Origin: Bdellovibrionota bacterium
GTDB taxonomy: Bacteria; Bdellovibrionota_C; UBA2361; CALJRW01
Assembly: GCA_041740355.1 (NCBI GenBank)
Contig: JBGSMD010000006.1
Coordinates: 85,663-149,662 of the forward strand
Length of the DNA stretch: 64,000 nucleotides
Reading direction: 5' to 3'
In this document: positions 8,661-17,993 of the stretch, piece after piece
Position numbering within the stretch: position 1 is the first letter of the stretch
Layout: each line of letters starts with the position of its first letter
Position numbers and translations under genes: made by a program
Notes under the pieces: model-generated
Told to the model about the DNA's origin: nothing
Database searches by the model: none
The model's input: only the letters and a program-made list of their open reading frames with translations

Positions 8661-9264
8661 TATTTACTAACACCTTTTGATTTTTTCTGTGACGATAGTA
8701 CCAGTAAAGTCCACCGAGTACTAAAGCGATCGCTAAAATAATTTCAGTCTTTTGGATATAACCTCTAATTGATTCATAATTCTCAGAAGCGTAATACCCA
8801 ATGGTAATCATGATTGTCGAGCTAATTAAAGCAGCCATCATATCCGCCAGTAAGTAACGTAAAAACTTCATTTTCACAGCGCCACAACAAATGAAAGTAA
8901 TTGTCCGTAAATAGAATAGATGTCTTCCTAAGAAAATTGCAGCAATAAAATTTTTGTCTAGTCTGGCCCGAACAGCTTTAATCTTTGCTGGTGGAATTCT
9001 GTTTCTAAACCAGCGCTTACTGAATAGGTTAATTCCAAAGCGCCGACCAATTCCGTAAAGAATCATATCTCCCACGATGATCGAACTGTAAGCTAAAGGA
9101 AAAGCCCATTCTAGTTCGACAAGTTTTCTTTGAACTAATATACCAATAATAATCAGGATTAAATCTTCGGGAAAAGGTAAGAAGAATGCTCCCCCGATGA
9201 GGGTTAAACAAATCATTAAATATAAAAACTGACCCTCTTGGGCAAGAAACCAATCTGTGAACAT
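8638..9264 (-). CDS. DedA family membrane protein
   Basis: PFPEDLILI, GDMILYGIGRRFG, IFLGR..R..CGA.KM...YL motifs. Confidence 0.93.
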   Translation of the reverse strand: MFTDWFLAQEGQFLYLMICLTLIGGAFFLPFPEDLILIIIGILVQRKLVELEWAFPLAYSSIIVGDMILYGIGRRFGINLFSKRWFRNRIPPAKIKAVRARLDKNFIAAIFLGRHLFYLRTITFICCGAVKMKFLRYLLADMMAALISSTIMITIGYYASENYESIRGYIQKTEIILAIALVLGGLYWYYRHRKNQKVLVNTSESDLN

Positions 9265-9536
9265 AAGGTGGAGTAGTCTAGTACTTTTTCGTAATGAAGG
9301 AAAGTAAGTAAGACCTGCAAGAAATTAATTAATGTCTTTATTCTATGATCGATCATGGGCCTGAAGCAGTAATCGTAGTTCGATAATTAATCTAAAATGA
9401 ACAGATTTGACATTCTAGGAATGAGTGTATTTGCTTAAAAATCCGATTTGATTAGACTCCAGTCAGAGGATTGGGTAATCAAAAGCCATTTACAGTTTAA
9501 ACTATAATCTCTTATTAGCAGTACAGCAGTTTCAGT

Positions 9537-11498
9537 ATGAATGAGTTACTCACTAAAATTCAAAAAGGGGATCTTGGTTATTTAGAATCTTCGCAGCTTT
9601 TCATTCAGACTCACTTTCAAGATCTAACATATTATGAGAAAGTATTTTTAGTAGCCGCCTGCATGACCTTAGCGTTTCCTGAACGGAATGGAGAAGTGCC
9701 TGGGCAACCTGAGCTATATTTGGATTTTGCGACTGCTCGAATCTCGCAGTTAATTTTAGAAGTGCAAGCAGATAAACTTCCTGTTATTCCTCGTAAGGCG
9801 CTTGATATCTATGCCGTTAATTTCCAGGAAATTTTTGATGCCCGAGGTAGGTTTATTGATCCAGCCGAGATTCTTAAGGAACTGACTGATGTTGGTTTGT
9901 TAATAGAAAAAGAAGGAAAACATTACATTCTAGGTAAGTTTGATGTTGGAATTATTCATTATGGAGACTGTGATTTTTTATTAGATGATGGGGTGTTACT
10001 TCTCGAAATTAATGGAATCCGCTATTCTCGAATTTTAAGTTCTCAGTCGGACCTGGAAGTAAAGAGGTTGATAGTCGAATTTCCACATGGTACTTATCCA
10101 GTTATTAATCAACAAATTATCAGCCAGATTGGCGATGTTTTTCCAGATCAGTTTGTGGATGTTAGTTTCAATTTTCAAAATGAATTAATTGGGGTGTATC
10201 AAGACGGTGAGAAATATCATTTGTTTCATGGAAAAGATACGCTATTTACGTTTGAATCCCAACCCAAGACATGCTTTTTTTCTGATGCCTTTGCAATTCC
10301 TAGTGGGTATGTCATTACTGCAGATGAGATTTATTACTTTATTCAAGGAGAATTAAAATTTCAAAATAAATTAGATAATTACAGTGTTTGTGAGATTAAC
10401 TTCTCATATTTTCAAGATTCAGAGCAGGTATTTAATGCTTTTTTTTGGGGAACGATCCAAAAAAACTCGGCACAGGTTCCTTTTATGCTAGAACCTATTG
10501 AGACTTTGCCGACTTATGGAGATATTAAAGCGACACATCAATTCCTGCATTACTGTGGCGAACCTTATGGAAAGTATGAGACTGACGTGGGGATCGTTTA
10601 CGCCTTTGGTGCTAAACTTTTCCAGTCCCTGCGAGGTAAAAAAATAACAGAATTTATACCTGATCCTAATTTTGAACAAAGTGGTCTGGGGATAATAAAG
10701 ACTACTGATGCGAGTTTTCCAATAGTTAATGGGCAAATCTTAGCCCAGCTATTAGGCGAACGAATTGAACATTTTATCCCAATTGAAACCGCGCGCTCTT
10801 ATGACAAGCTGACTGGGTGGGTTGTGACTAATTTAAGTACACATTTAGTAATCAATGGCACAACGATGCTGCTAAATAGTGATCACGACTTTCATTATGA
10901 TTTCCAGAATCCACCGCAAACTTTCATTGATCATTATGATAAAATATATTTTGTTGGGTCGGCAATTGATCAGCAGCAACAAGTTCTACCTTTAGTTTTA
11001 TTAGCTAGTAAGGAAGTATCGAGGCCAGAGATTTTAGGTTATCGTGATTTGTATGTAAGTGCTAAAGGTGATTTTAAGTGCATTGTTAAGTCGCCCGAAC
11101 ACGAACGATTAATCATTGGGATTCGACGTGAGGATGAGCAGTATCAGCTTGGTATCGGAGATTATGATGCTAGCAACTTAAGTCTGGTAGGATTTGGCTT
11201 ATTTGGTGAGTTCATTCATGATGGAAAATTACATCCATATTTGGGTCAAGAAATGCTAGGTCGAATGGCTGGAATGGAAATAGATCAAAAAGTAATAATT
11301 AATGAAAATACTTATTTAGCCACATTTCATACTAAGCGGCAGAGCGGTTTATATCTTGGCAACCAGGCTTTATATGAGGGGCCGCAATATCAAGATTTTG
11401 ACCTAAACAGTCATGATAATGGTTCAGAGTTAAAAGTGGGTTTCTCCTTTACTAGGGATAAAATCAGACATAAATATGGATTTAGTTTGAAATATTAA
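9537..11498 (+). CDS. Hypothetical 653-aa protein with beta-rich degenerate repeats
   Basis: Long ORF with recurring aromatic-x-hydrophobic-hydrophobic-NG/G motifs; no family recognised. Confidence 0.75.
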   Translation: MNELLTKIQKGDLGYLESSQLFIQTHFQDLTYYEKVFLVAACMTLAFPERNGEVPGQPELYLDFATARISQLILEVQADKLPVIPRKALDIYAVNFQEIFDARGRFIDPAEILKELTDVGLLIEKEGKHYILGKFDVGIIHYGDCDFLLDDGVLLLEINGIRYSRILSSQSDLEVKRLIVEFPHGTYPVINQQIISQIGDVFPDQFVDVSFNFQNELIGVYQDGEKYHLFHGKDTLFTFESQPKTCFFSDAFAIPSGYVITADEIYYFIQGELKFQNKLDNYSVCEINFSYFQDSEQVFNAFFWGTIQKNSAQVPFMLEPIETLPTYGDIKATHQFLHYCGEPYGKYETDVGIVYAFGAKLFQSLRGKKITEFIPDPNFEQSGLGIIKTTDASFPIVNGQILAQLLGERIEHFIPIETARSYDKLTGWVVTNLSTHLVINGTTMLLNSDHDFHYDFQNPPQTFIDHYDKIYFVGSAIDQQQQVLPLVLLASKEVSRPEILGYRDLYVSAKGDFKCIVKSPEHERLIIGIRREDEQYQLGIGDYDASNLSLVGFGLFGEFIHDGKLHPYLGQEMLGRMAGMEIDQKVIINENTYLATFHTKRQSGLYLGNQALYEGPQYQDFDLNSHDNGSELKVGFSFTRDKIRHKYGFSLKY

Positions 11499-11507
11499 AA
11501 TATAATT

Positions 11508-12551
11508 TCAATATGCCAAGTCTGGGCTTTTGTTAATCTGTCCAGCTCCATCGCAAGTATAAATTAACCTTTGCTTTACTCTCCAAAGATATGTTGGAAC
11601 CTCAATCATTGCGGAATCAAATTTTCTCTTCTTACATTGTTTTGTTAAGTAATTCTCAAAACTAAAAATGCTGGAATGCGGAAGCGTTTTGACTTGATCG
11701 TAATAATCCTGAGAGTACGATTTCTGATCAATCGTGAAATTAATCTCACTACCTGTATACATTCGGTAGCTCAATGGTTTAGTGAAGGTTGTCAGAGTAT
11801 GAGTTAGGGGCATGATTGTTAGGATAATTAAAATGATTATCTGGGAATAATTTATCCCTGCCCATTTAGGAATTTCCCATAAATAAAAGACTCCAATTAA
11901 AATAAGAATTAATAAATTCCATGACCAAACAACTTCAGCATAGCCAAGAAAGAAGCAAAGTAAGCCAATAGCTGAACCATGAATTAAAAAAGTTAGGACT
12001 GTTGTGATTTTCCATCGAAAGATAATTCCCAGCCCAATTAATATTTCCAGAAGCGGTGCTATGATTGCTCCTGCCATGACAATCGTTTGAACTGTAGGAT
12101 AATTTGTAAATGGAGAGCCGAATAAGACTACTATTTTTGCATAACCAAGATTTAATTTATTTAATCCGGCCCAGATCTCCTGAATTGCAATTAACCAAAG
12201 TGAAAGTCGGAGAGTTCGATCGACTCCTGAAAAAATTAATAATAGAAAATAGTTGTAAGTATATTCTGTAAGAGAATTAATATCTAGCAACACAGAACAA
12301 GAGATCAGTAATGTTAGAATTGGCCAAAGTTTTGGTAGGAAGATTACTAATCCAGCAAAAGTTCCATGCAGGATCATAAATGCCAAATAAAAACTTTGTG
12401 GCAAGCTGAAAAAAGAAACCATCAAATCGGGGTGAAACCATTGTCGCCAAGTGCAGATATGACTCCAGAGTAGAGCAATAGCAGTTAATCTAATTATGAA
12501 ATCAGCTCGATTCGAAAAAATTATTTTTAATTTATTTTTATTTTCAAACAT
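11508..12551 (-). CDS. Polytopic membrane protein (DoxX/MauE/HTTM-like)
   Basis: IWAGLNKLN, APLLEILIGLG, VWSWN, SYRMYTG; about 9 TM segments. Confidence 0.6.
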   Translation of the reverse strand: MFENKNKLKIIFSNRADFIIRLTAIALLWSHICTWRQWFHPDLMVSFFSLPQSFYLAFMILHGTFAGLVIFLPKLWPILTLLISCSVLLDINSLTEYTYNYFLLLIFSGVDRTLRLSLWLIAIQEIWAGLNKLNLGYAKIVVLFGSPFTNYPTVQTIVMAGAIIAPLLEILIGLGIIFRWKITTVLTFLIHGSAIGLLCFFLGYAEVVWSWNLLILILIGVFYLWEIPKWAGINYSQIIILIILTIMPLTHTLTTFTKPLSYRMYTGSEINFTIDQKSYSQDYYDQVKTLPHSSIFSFENYLTKQCKKRKFDSAMIEVPTYLWRVKQRLIYTCDGAGQINKSPDLAY

Positions 12552-12630
12552 TTAGTGGTTTGAAGGTGAAGTGTAATAAACATTAATTTATTTGACTTTA
12601 CGACTCATCAGACGGCCCTTCAAGATAGCT

Positions 12631-14202
12631 TTAATCAGGTGAGAATCCCCGACGCATAGTATTTTCTGTAATAACCTTGGGTACTACAAATTGTTTAAGA
12701 TAATCAGGTCCTCCTGCTTTGGAGCCAATGCCAGAAAGTTTAAAACCTCCGAAAGGTTGTCGGCCAACAATCGCTCCCGTGCAAGCGCGGTTGATGTAAA
12801 AATTACCAACACGAATATCTGCACTAACTTTAGCAATATTACTTGGACTGCGAGAATATAAACCAGCGGTTAAACCAAATTTAGTACCATTTGCTAAGCT
12901 TATAGCTTCAGCTAGACTTTTGGCTTGCTTGATCGCTAGTACTGGACCGAAGATTTCTTGTTGCCAAAGATCGGAGTTAGTATCCTGACATTCGAAAATT
13001 GTTACGGGCACAAAAGTACCTTCACTAGGTACATTGCTTTTATATTTCAGGGAATGCAACTTGGTATTAGCTTCAATCAGTTTAAGAAGGCGCGTTTGGG
13101 CTTCGTGATCAATAACGGGACCAACAAATGATTTTGATTGAAAGCTTAAACCAATTAATAGATCTTTAGCCGCTGGAATTAGTCGATCCATTAATGCTTG
13201 ATGGGCGGAGCCAATTGTAATAACACGCGAGCAGGCCGAGCATTTTTGACCGGAGTAAGCAAACGCTGAATAGAGAATTCCTTTAATTGCTTCATCTAGA
13301 TCAGCATCCTCATCAACAATAATGGCATTTTTCCCACCAAGTTCTAGAATGCATCTCTTGATAAAAGTTTGTTCAGGGTTAATCTTTGAACAAGCGCTCA
13401 AGATTTTTTGTCCAACAGCAAGAGAGCCAGTAAAGCAGATTAAGTTTACATCGGAAGATTCCAATAAAAGAGGACCAATTTCTTCACCATCCCCGGGCAA
13501 AAAAGCCAAGGCTTCAGTTGGTAGTCCTGCTTGAAAAAGAATCTCGACTAATTTTTGAGCAATTAATGATGATTGTTCCGCCGGTTTTAAGATTGCGACA
13601 TTTCCAGCGACTAATGCTGCTACTAACATCCCGCAAGGTATAGCTAGTGGAAAATTCCAAGGGCTAATCACAACTGCGAGGCCGACAGGTTCATAGAAAT
13701 AAGTATTATTTTCTCCAGGTAAAACTTGAGTAATAAAGGGAGCTAAAGATTCCAATGCTAGCTCGGCATAATAATTGCAAAAGTCGATTGCTTCCACCAC
13801 ATCGCGATCCGCCTCATACCAATTTTTACCAGTTTCGCGAACGATTAAAGCCGATAGTTCCATTTGATTTTCTTGCATTAACTTTGCTGTGCGACGTAAG
13901 ATGTTAGCTCGCTCGCTTAAGCTGGTTTTTTGCCAGGTTGGTAAAAACTCCTTAAGTTTTTTAATTGCGGTAGTTGTTAATTCCTTATTAGCAAAATGCA
14001 CTTGAGCAATAACTTGTTTGCCATTGTTGCAATCAAGACGCGAATACACATTGGACGAAATATGTTTTTCCCCTTGAACGATTGGCTTGACGCTTATCTC
14101 GGAGTCAATTAATTGGTTAACTGCTGTTAAGACATTGGCAAAATTTGTTAAATTTTCTGGAATTGTAAAATCAATTGGGGAAGAGTTTTTAAAGTTAATC
14201 AT
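12631..14202 (-). CDS. pruA: L-glutamate gamma-semialdehyde (P5C) dehydrogenase, PutA C-terminal half
   Basis: ISPWNFPLAI, FTGS, ELGGKN, SGQKCSACSR, EIFGP, KAGGPDYL, and the PutA-type tail ENTMRRGF. Confidence 0.93.
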   Translation of the reverse strand: MINFKNSSPIDFTIPENLTNFANVLTAVNQLIDSEISVKPIVQGEKHISSNVYSRLDCNNGKQVIAQVHFANKELTTTAIKKLKEFLPTWQKTSLSERANILRRTAKLMQENQMELSALIVRETGKNWYEADRDVVEAIDFCNYYAELALESLAPFITQVLPGENNTYFYEPVGLAVVISPWNFPLAIPCGMLVAALVAGNVAILKPAEQSSLIAQKLVEILFQAGLPTEALAFLPGDGEEIGPLLLESSDVNLICFTGSLAVGQKILSACSKINPEQTFIKRCILELGGKNAIIVDEDADLDEAIKGILYSAFAYSGQKCSACSRVITIGSAHQALMDRLIPAAKDLLIGLSFQSKSFVGPVIDHEAQTRLLKLIEANTKLHSLKYKSNVPSEGTFVPVTIFECQDTNSDLWQQEIFGPVLAIKQAKSLAEAISLANGTKFGLTAGLYSRSPSNIAKVSADIRVGNFYINRACTGAIVGRQPFGGFKLSGIGSKAGGPDYLKQFVVPKVITENTMRRGFSPD

Positions 14203-14228
14203 GATTATATAATTATTAAAACTATTGC

Positions 14229-15623
14229 TTAAAGTCTTACTTGATTAAGTTTGTTTAATGTTATTGCCGGATCTTCTAATAGGTGATCAACATTTTTTTG
14301 ATCATAAAAAGTATGTCGTAAAAATGAATCATTGGAAGTGTTCTCCAGGAGCCGACGAACTAAATAGCCCATGCCCGGAAGAATTTCTCCTAAGGGTACA
14401 TAGAGCCGAACTAAATAACCTTTAGAGGCAAATGCTAGGGCAATTGGTTGAGCCATGCCATATAGCATTTGTAATTCAAAAAGATTTTTGCTAATTCCTT
14501 TTTCTTCAGCGTAACAACAAATTTGTGATAATGAGCGGACATTATGCGAACCAAAAGCAGGATAGCAATGTTCGATATTATCTATTAATAAACAACTAAG
14601 TCTTTCATAATTCAGATCGCTTTCTGCTTTGATTTGGAATAGTGGACTTTTCCAATAGTTTTGAGCAGCGCCGGCATTCTCTTGATCCCAATAAGCACCT
14701 TTCACTAAACGAATCGCGATTGGTCGCTTATTATCTTTAGCCCAGTCCAAGAGATCTACTAATAACTCTTCCGAATGTTTAGCATAGGCTTGAAGTACTA
14801 CCCCGGGAAACTTTAGTTCGGCGAGTTCGGGATCACTAAAAACCTTTTTAAAAGTAGCATATATAATCGGGTTATGTGCCGTATCCTCAGCATCAACGTA
14901 AATTCCGGAACCAAGTCGAAGAGCTTCTAGGGCAATTTCTTTTAATCGAGCAGAAAGAATTTCAACAGATTGATCAAGGTTTAAAATACTAGTTTGTGAA
15001 TAGAGCGCAGTTAACTTCACACTAATATTACAATTTTGTACTAGACCCAAATGGTTGGGATCAGTTTTAAAGTTTTTCTTCCAACCAGGAGCTTCTTGGG
15101 CGATTACAGTAAGCGCTTCTTGGTAGCGACTTAGGTAGGCAAGGCTTTCTTGATCGCTAACAGAGTACTCGCCGAGTAGATCGACTGTGTAAGTCAAACC
15201 TTGGGAATAAAGCTTTTTTAAAGCTGGCAGGGCAGCTTGCGGATTTTCACCAGCAATAAAAACTTTGGACATTTGTTTAATGGATGTCCTAACAGCAATT
15301 TTGCTAATTATTGCAGGAATAAAGTTGTAACTGGGTAATTTGAAGAAATATTTTAGTAGGGGATTAATCTTGCCCGCAGATTCACTAAGATATTCACTAA
15401 TATGTTTACCAACAGAGTCTGCTGTTTTTAGTGTGGGCAAAACATCCACTAGTCGAAAAAGACTATTCTTAAAGTCAGGTTCGTTAAGTGTCCAAGCAAG
15501 TAACTTAGAGTTGATAAAGTTCTTTTGAAAGGCGGAAGGCTGAGAACTACCGATTAATGTAAAAATTTCGCGTCCAAAATCTCTAATTTTATTATTGGAA
15601 TTAATCGTGCTTTCTTGTGTCAT
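14229..15623 (-). CDS. putA: Proline dehydrogenase, PutA N-terminal half
   Basis: FRLVDVLP, VDLLGE, ISVKLTAL, IRLVKGAYWD, SHNVRS, QMLYGM, YLVRRLLENTSN. Confidence 0.93.
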   Translation of the reverse strand: MTQESTINSNNKIRDFGREIFTLIGSSQPSAFQKNFINSKLLAWTLNEPDFKNSLFRLVDVLPTLKTADSVGKHISEYLSESAGKINPLLKYFFKLPSYNFIPAIISKIAVRTSIKQMSKVFIAGENPQAALPALKKLYSQGLTYTVDLLGEYSVSDQESLAYLSRYQEALTVIAQEAPGWKKNFKTDPNHLGLVQNCNISVKLTALYSQTSILNLDQSVEILSARLKEIALEALRLGSGIYVDAEDTAHNPIIYATFKKVFSDPELAELKFPGVVLQAYAKHSEELLVDLLDWAKDNKRPIAIRLVKGAYWDQENAGAAQNYWKSPLFQIKAESDLNYERLSCLLIDNIEHCYPAFGSHNVRSLSQICCYAEEKGISKNLFELQMLYGMAQPIALAFASKGYLVRLYVPLGEILPGMGYLVRRLLENTSNDSFLRHTFYDQKNVDHLLEDPAITLNKLNQVRL

Positions 15624-15967
15624 AGAGTTAAATTAAGGGAAATAAGTATGCTGTGTAGTTAGACTTTAAATCATGATCAATGTTTTCAAAATACGTTCCT
15701 TTTTCGGCAGTATTTTTTGGCGACAGTGGCATTCTTGCCAAGCCGGAACCTTTCTTTAAAAAGTTGCATCTTTTCTTTATAAATTGGCATCTTACCTAGA
15801 GTATTTGGTTTTTAAACCCTCCGCCGATCGTTTTAGTAATAAGAAATATAATCAAGGCGGTTTTGGTGTTTTTTCTACGGCAAAAAATGGCTTAACCATT
15901 ATTTTGCTCGCCCACCACCATTGTTTTTGTAAAAACTAAATGATGGTGGATTTATTTAAGGACAATC

Positions 15968-16420
15968 ATGGCCAGTAACTCAGCAGAGTTTTATCAAAGT
16001 TGGTATAGTCAATTTTATATAGCAGAAAATGAATTTGCTGAGAATCGAGACGTGTCATTACAACAAGGATTCTCAGTTTTTAAATTTGCCAATCTTTTGC
16101 ACTTAAAATTTGAAGTTTTTGCTAAAGATGCTGATAATGTTTTATCAAGTGAGGAAGTTGCCGAAGCTCGAATCAAAGCTCAAACTACTAGATTTTTAAA
16201 TTTTCTCAATACATCCTCAATTGTATTACAAAAATTAGTTGCAAAGATTAAATCAGAAGACACCTTAATTTTTAATCGCATTCATAAATTAGTAAGCTTT
16301 TTATTTGAACAGATAGACCGCTTGCGAGTTCGTTGCTTAAGACTGCTTAAAAGTAAACTAGGGATTAAATTTCAATTTCTTGGAATAATTAAGCAAGTCA
16401 CTAAATGTGTTTGTTTATAG
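15968..16420 (+). CDS. Hypothetical protein
   Basis: AAGGA RBS, 150-aa ORF; 3' end overlaps the convergent PPTase gene. Confidence 0.55.
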   Translation: MASNSAEFYQSWYSQFYIAENEFAENRDVSLQQGFSVFKFANLLHLKFEVFAKDADNVLSSEEVAEARIKAQTTRFLNFLNTSSIVLQKLVAKIKSEDTLIFNRIHKLVSFLFEQIDRLRVRCLRLLKSKLGIKFQFLGIIKQVTKCVCL

Positions 16421-17001
16421 AAACCGTATTCTAAAGTAAGCAGGGGTAGGGCTTCTTTTTGATTAATAACAATTGCTTTTAGTTTCCCTTTTTCTTCCCA
16501 AATTTCAATATTCTGATACGAAAACCGATCAATTTTAGTACTACAAGCCTTATAAACCGCCTCTTTAGCAGAAAAAATGATAGTTGCTACGAGCAATCGT
16601 TCAGCAGGGTACTTATTGATCAGTTCTCGTTCTAGTGGAGTTGTAATACGAGTAATAAATTTTTCAGTTAAGGGGCGTGCCTGAAGTTCCAAGTCAATTC
16701 CCATACTAAGATATTTTTCTTTTGGACCAACAATTGCTGCAGCAACATGTTTGGAATGGGAAAGCGAATGGATTAATTCCTCTGGTAAAACTACCTTTTT
16801 ATTAATACCACTAGGATCATATGCAAACGTTAAGTCTAGGCTTTTACAACAGGCAGCTAAGCAGGCTCTGGAAAGCAGATACTCATTTTGACGTTTTTCA
16901 GCTCCATTAAACTTGGACCTTTGATCGCCGCTATCTTGGATGATTAAGCGACAGTCCGAGGGGATCTGTGTTACTTCAAATTTTTTTGCGAAATCCAACA
17001 T
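16372..17001 (-). CDS. 4'-phosphopantetheinyl transferase (EntD/Sfp type)
   Basis: KRQNEYLLSR, SLSHS, GIDLE, FSAKEAVYKA. Confidence 0.9.
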   Translation of the reverse strand: MLDFAKKFEVTQIPSDCRLIIQDSGDQRSKFNGAEKRQNEYLLSRACLAACCKSLDLTFAYDPSGINKKVVLPEELIHSLSHSKHVAAAIVGPKEKYLSMGIDLELQARPLTEKFITRITTPLERELINKYPAERLLVATIIFSAKEAVYKACSTKIDRFSYQNIEIWEEKGKLKAIVINQKEALPLLTLEYGFYKQTHLVTCLIIPRN

Positions 17002-17034
17002 GACAACTCATCATATTTGTATTACAACAATTAT

Positions 17035-17805
17035 ATGTCAAGGATTATCATTAAATCGCCAGCAGAGATTGAGTTATTAAAAACTGCCTGTCAGGTTACG
17101 AAGGACATTTTAGATCAAATGAATGACTTTGTGCGTCCTGGTATTTCTACTGAAGATATTAATATTTTTGTGCATGAATTAACAATTAAGGCTGGTGCTA
17201 GACCCGCACCATTAAATTATCGGGGGTACCCCAAATCCGTCTGTACTTCAGTTAATGAAGTAGTTTGTCATGGTATTCCTAATCCTAATATAATTCTGCA
17301 AGCAGGTGATATCATCAATATTGATGTAACTTCTATAAAAAATGGATTTTATGGCGATTCTAGTCGGATGTATTTTGTAGGTGGACGGGAGGCCTGTAGT
17401 GCCGAGGCTGTTCGCTTGGTAGATATAACCAAAGAAGCGCTGATGGTGGGTATTAATGCCGTTGAAGTTGGCAAACAAGTAGGTGATATCGGCTATGAGA
17501 TTAAAAAATTTATTCATCATTTACCTCAGCAATATGGAATTGTGCGGGATTATACAGGACATGGAATTGGGCGTAATTTTCATGAAGATCCGCAAATTAT
17601 TCATTCAGCCAAGCAATCTACTGGTGCAAAGTTCAAAGTAGGGATGACCTTCACTGTTGAGCCCATGATTAATTTAGGTACTGCTGATACAGTTCTTTCC
17701 AGTCAAGATGGTTGGACAGTTAGGACAGCTGATAATAAATTATCAGCACAATGGGAACATACAGTAGCAATTACTGAGAATGGCATTGAGATTTTAACAG
17801 CATAG
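17035..17805 (+). CDS. map: Methionine aminopeptidase type I
   Basis: CTSVNEVVCHGIP, DVT..GFYGDSSR, GHGIG..FHEDP, EPMIN, SAQWEHT. Confidence 0.97.
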   Translation: MSRIIIKSPAEIELLKTACQVTKDILDQMNDFVRPGISTEDINIFVHELTIKAGARPAPLNYRGYPKSVCTSVNEVVCHGIPNPNIILQAGDIINIDVTSIKNGFYGDSSRMYFVGGREACSAEAVRLVDITKEALMVGINAVEVGKQVGDIGYEIKKFIHHLPQQYGIVRDYTGHGIGRNFHEDPQIIHSAKQSTGAKFKVGMTFTVEPMINLGTADTVLSSQDGWTVRTADNKLSAQWEHTVAITENGIEILTA

Positions 17806-17993
17806 TACTTGATTTTAGGTGTAATGGTTTTTGAATTACTCCCAACCTAGCAGAATTTTTTACTGTATAAAATTATCCCAATTAAGTGGTACAGTTTTTT
17901 CTAGATTGTATTGAAAGGCATTGCTTACATAGCAACTATATAACTTATTTGAAAGTGTTTTAAGGGCCATAATCTGTATGTCAACTAAAGTGA

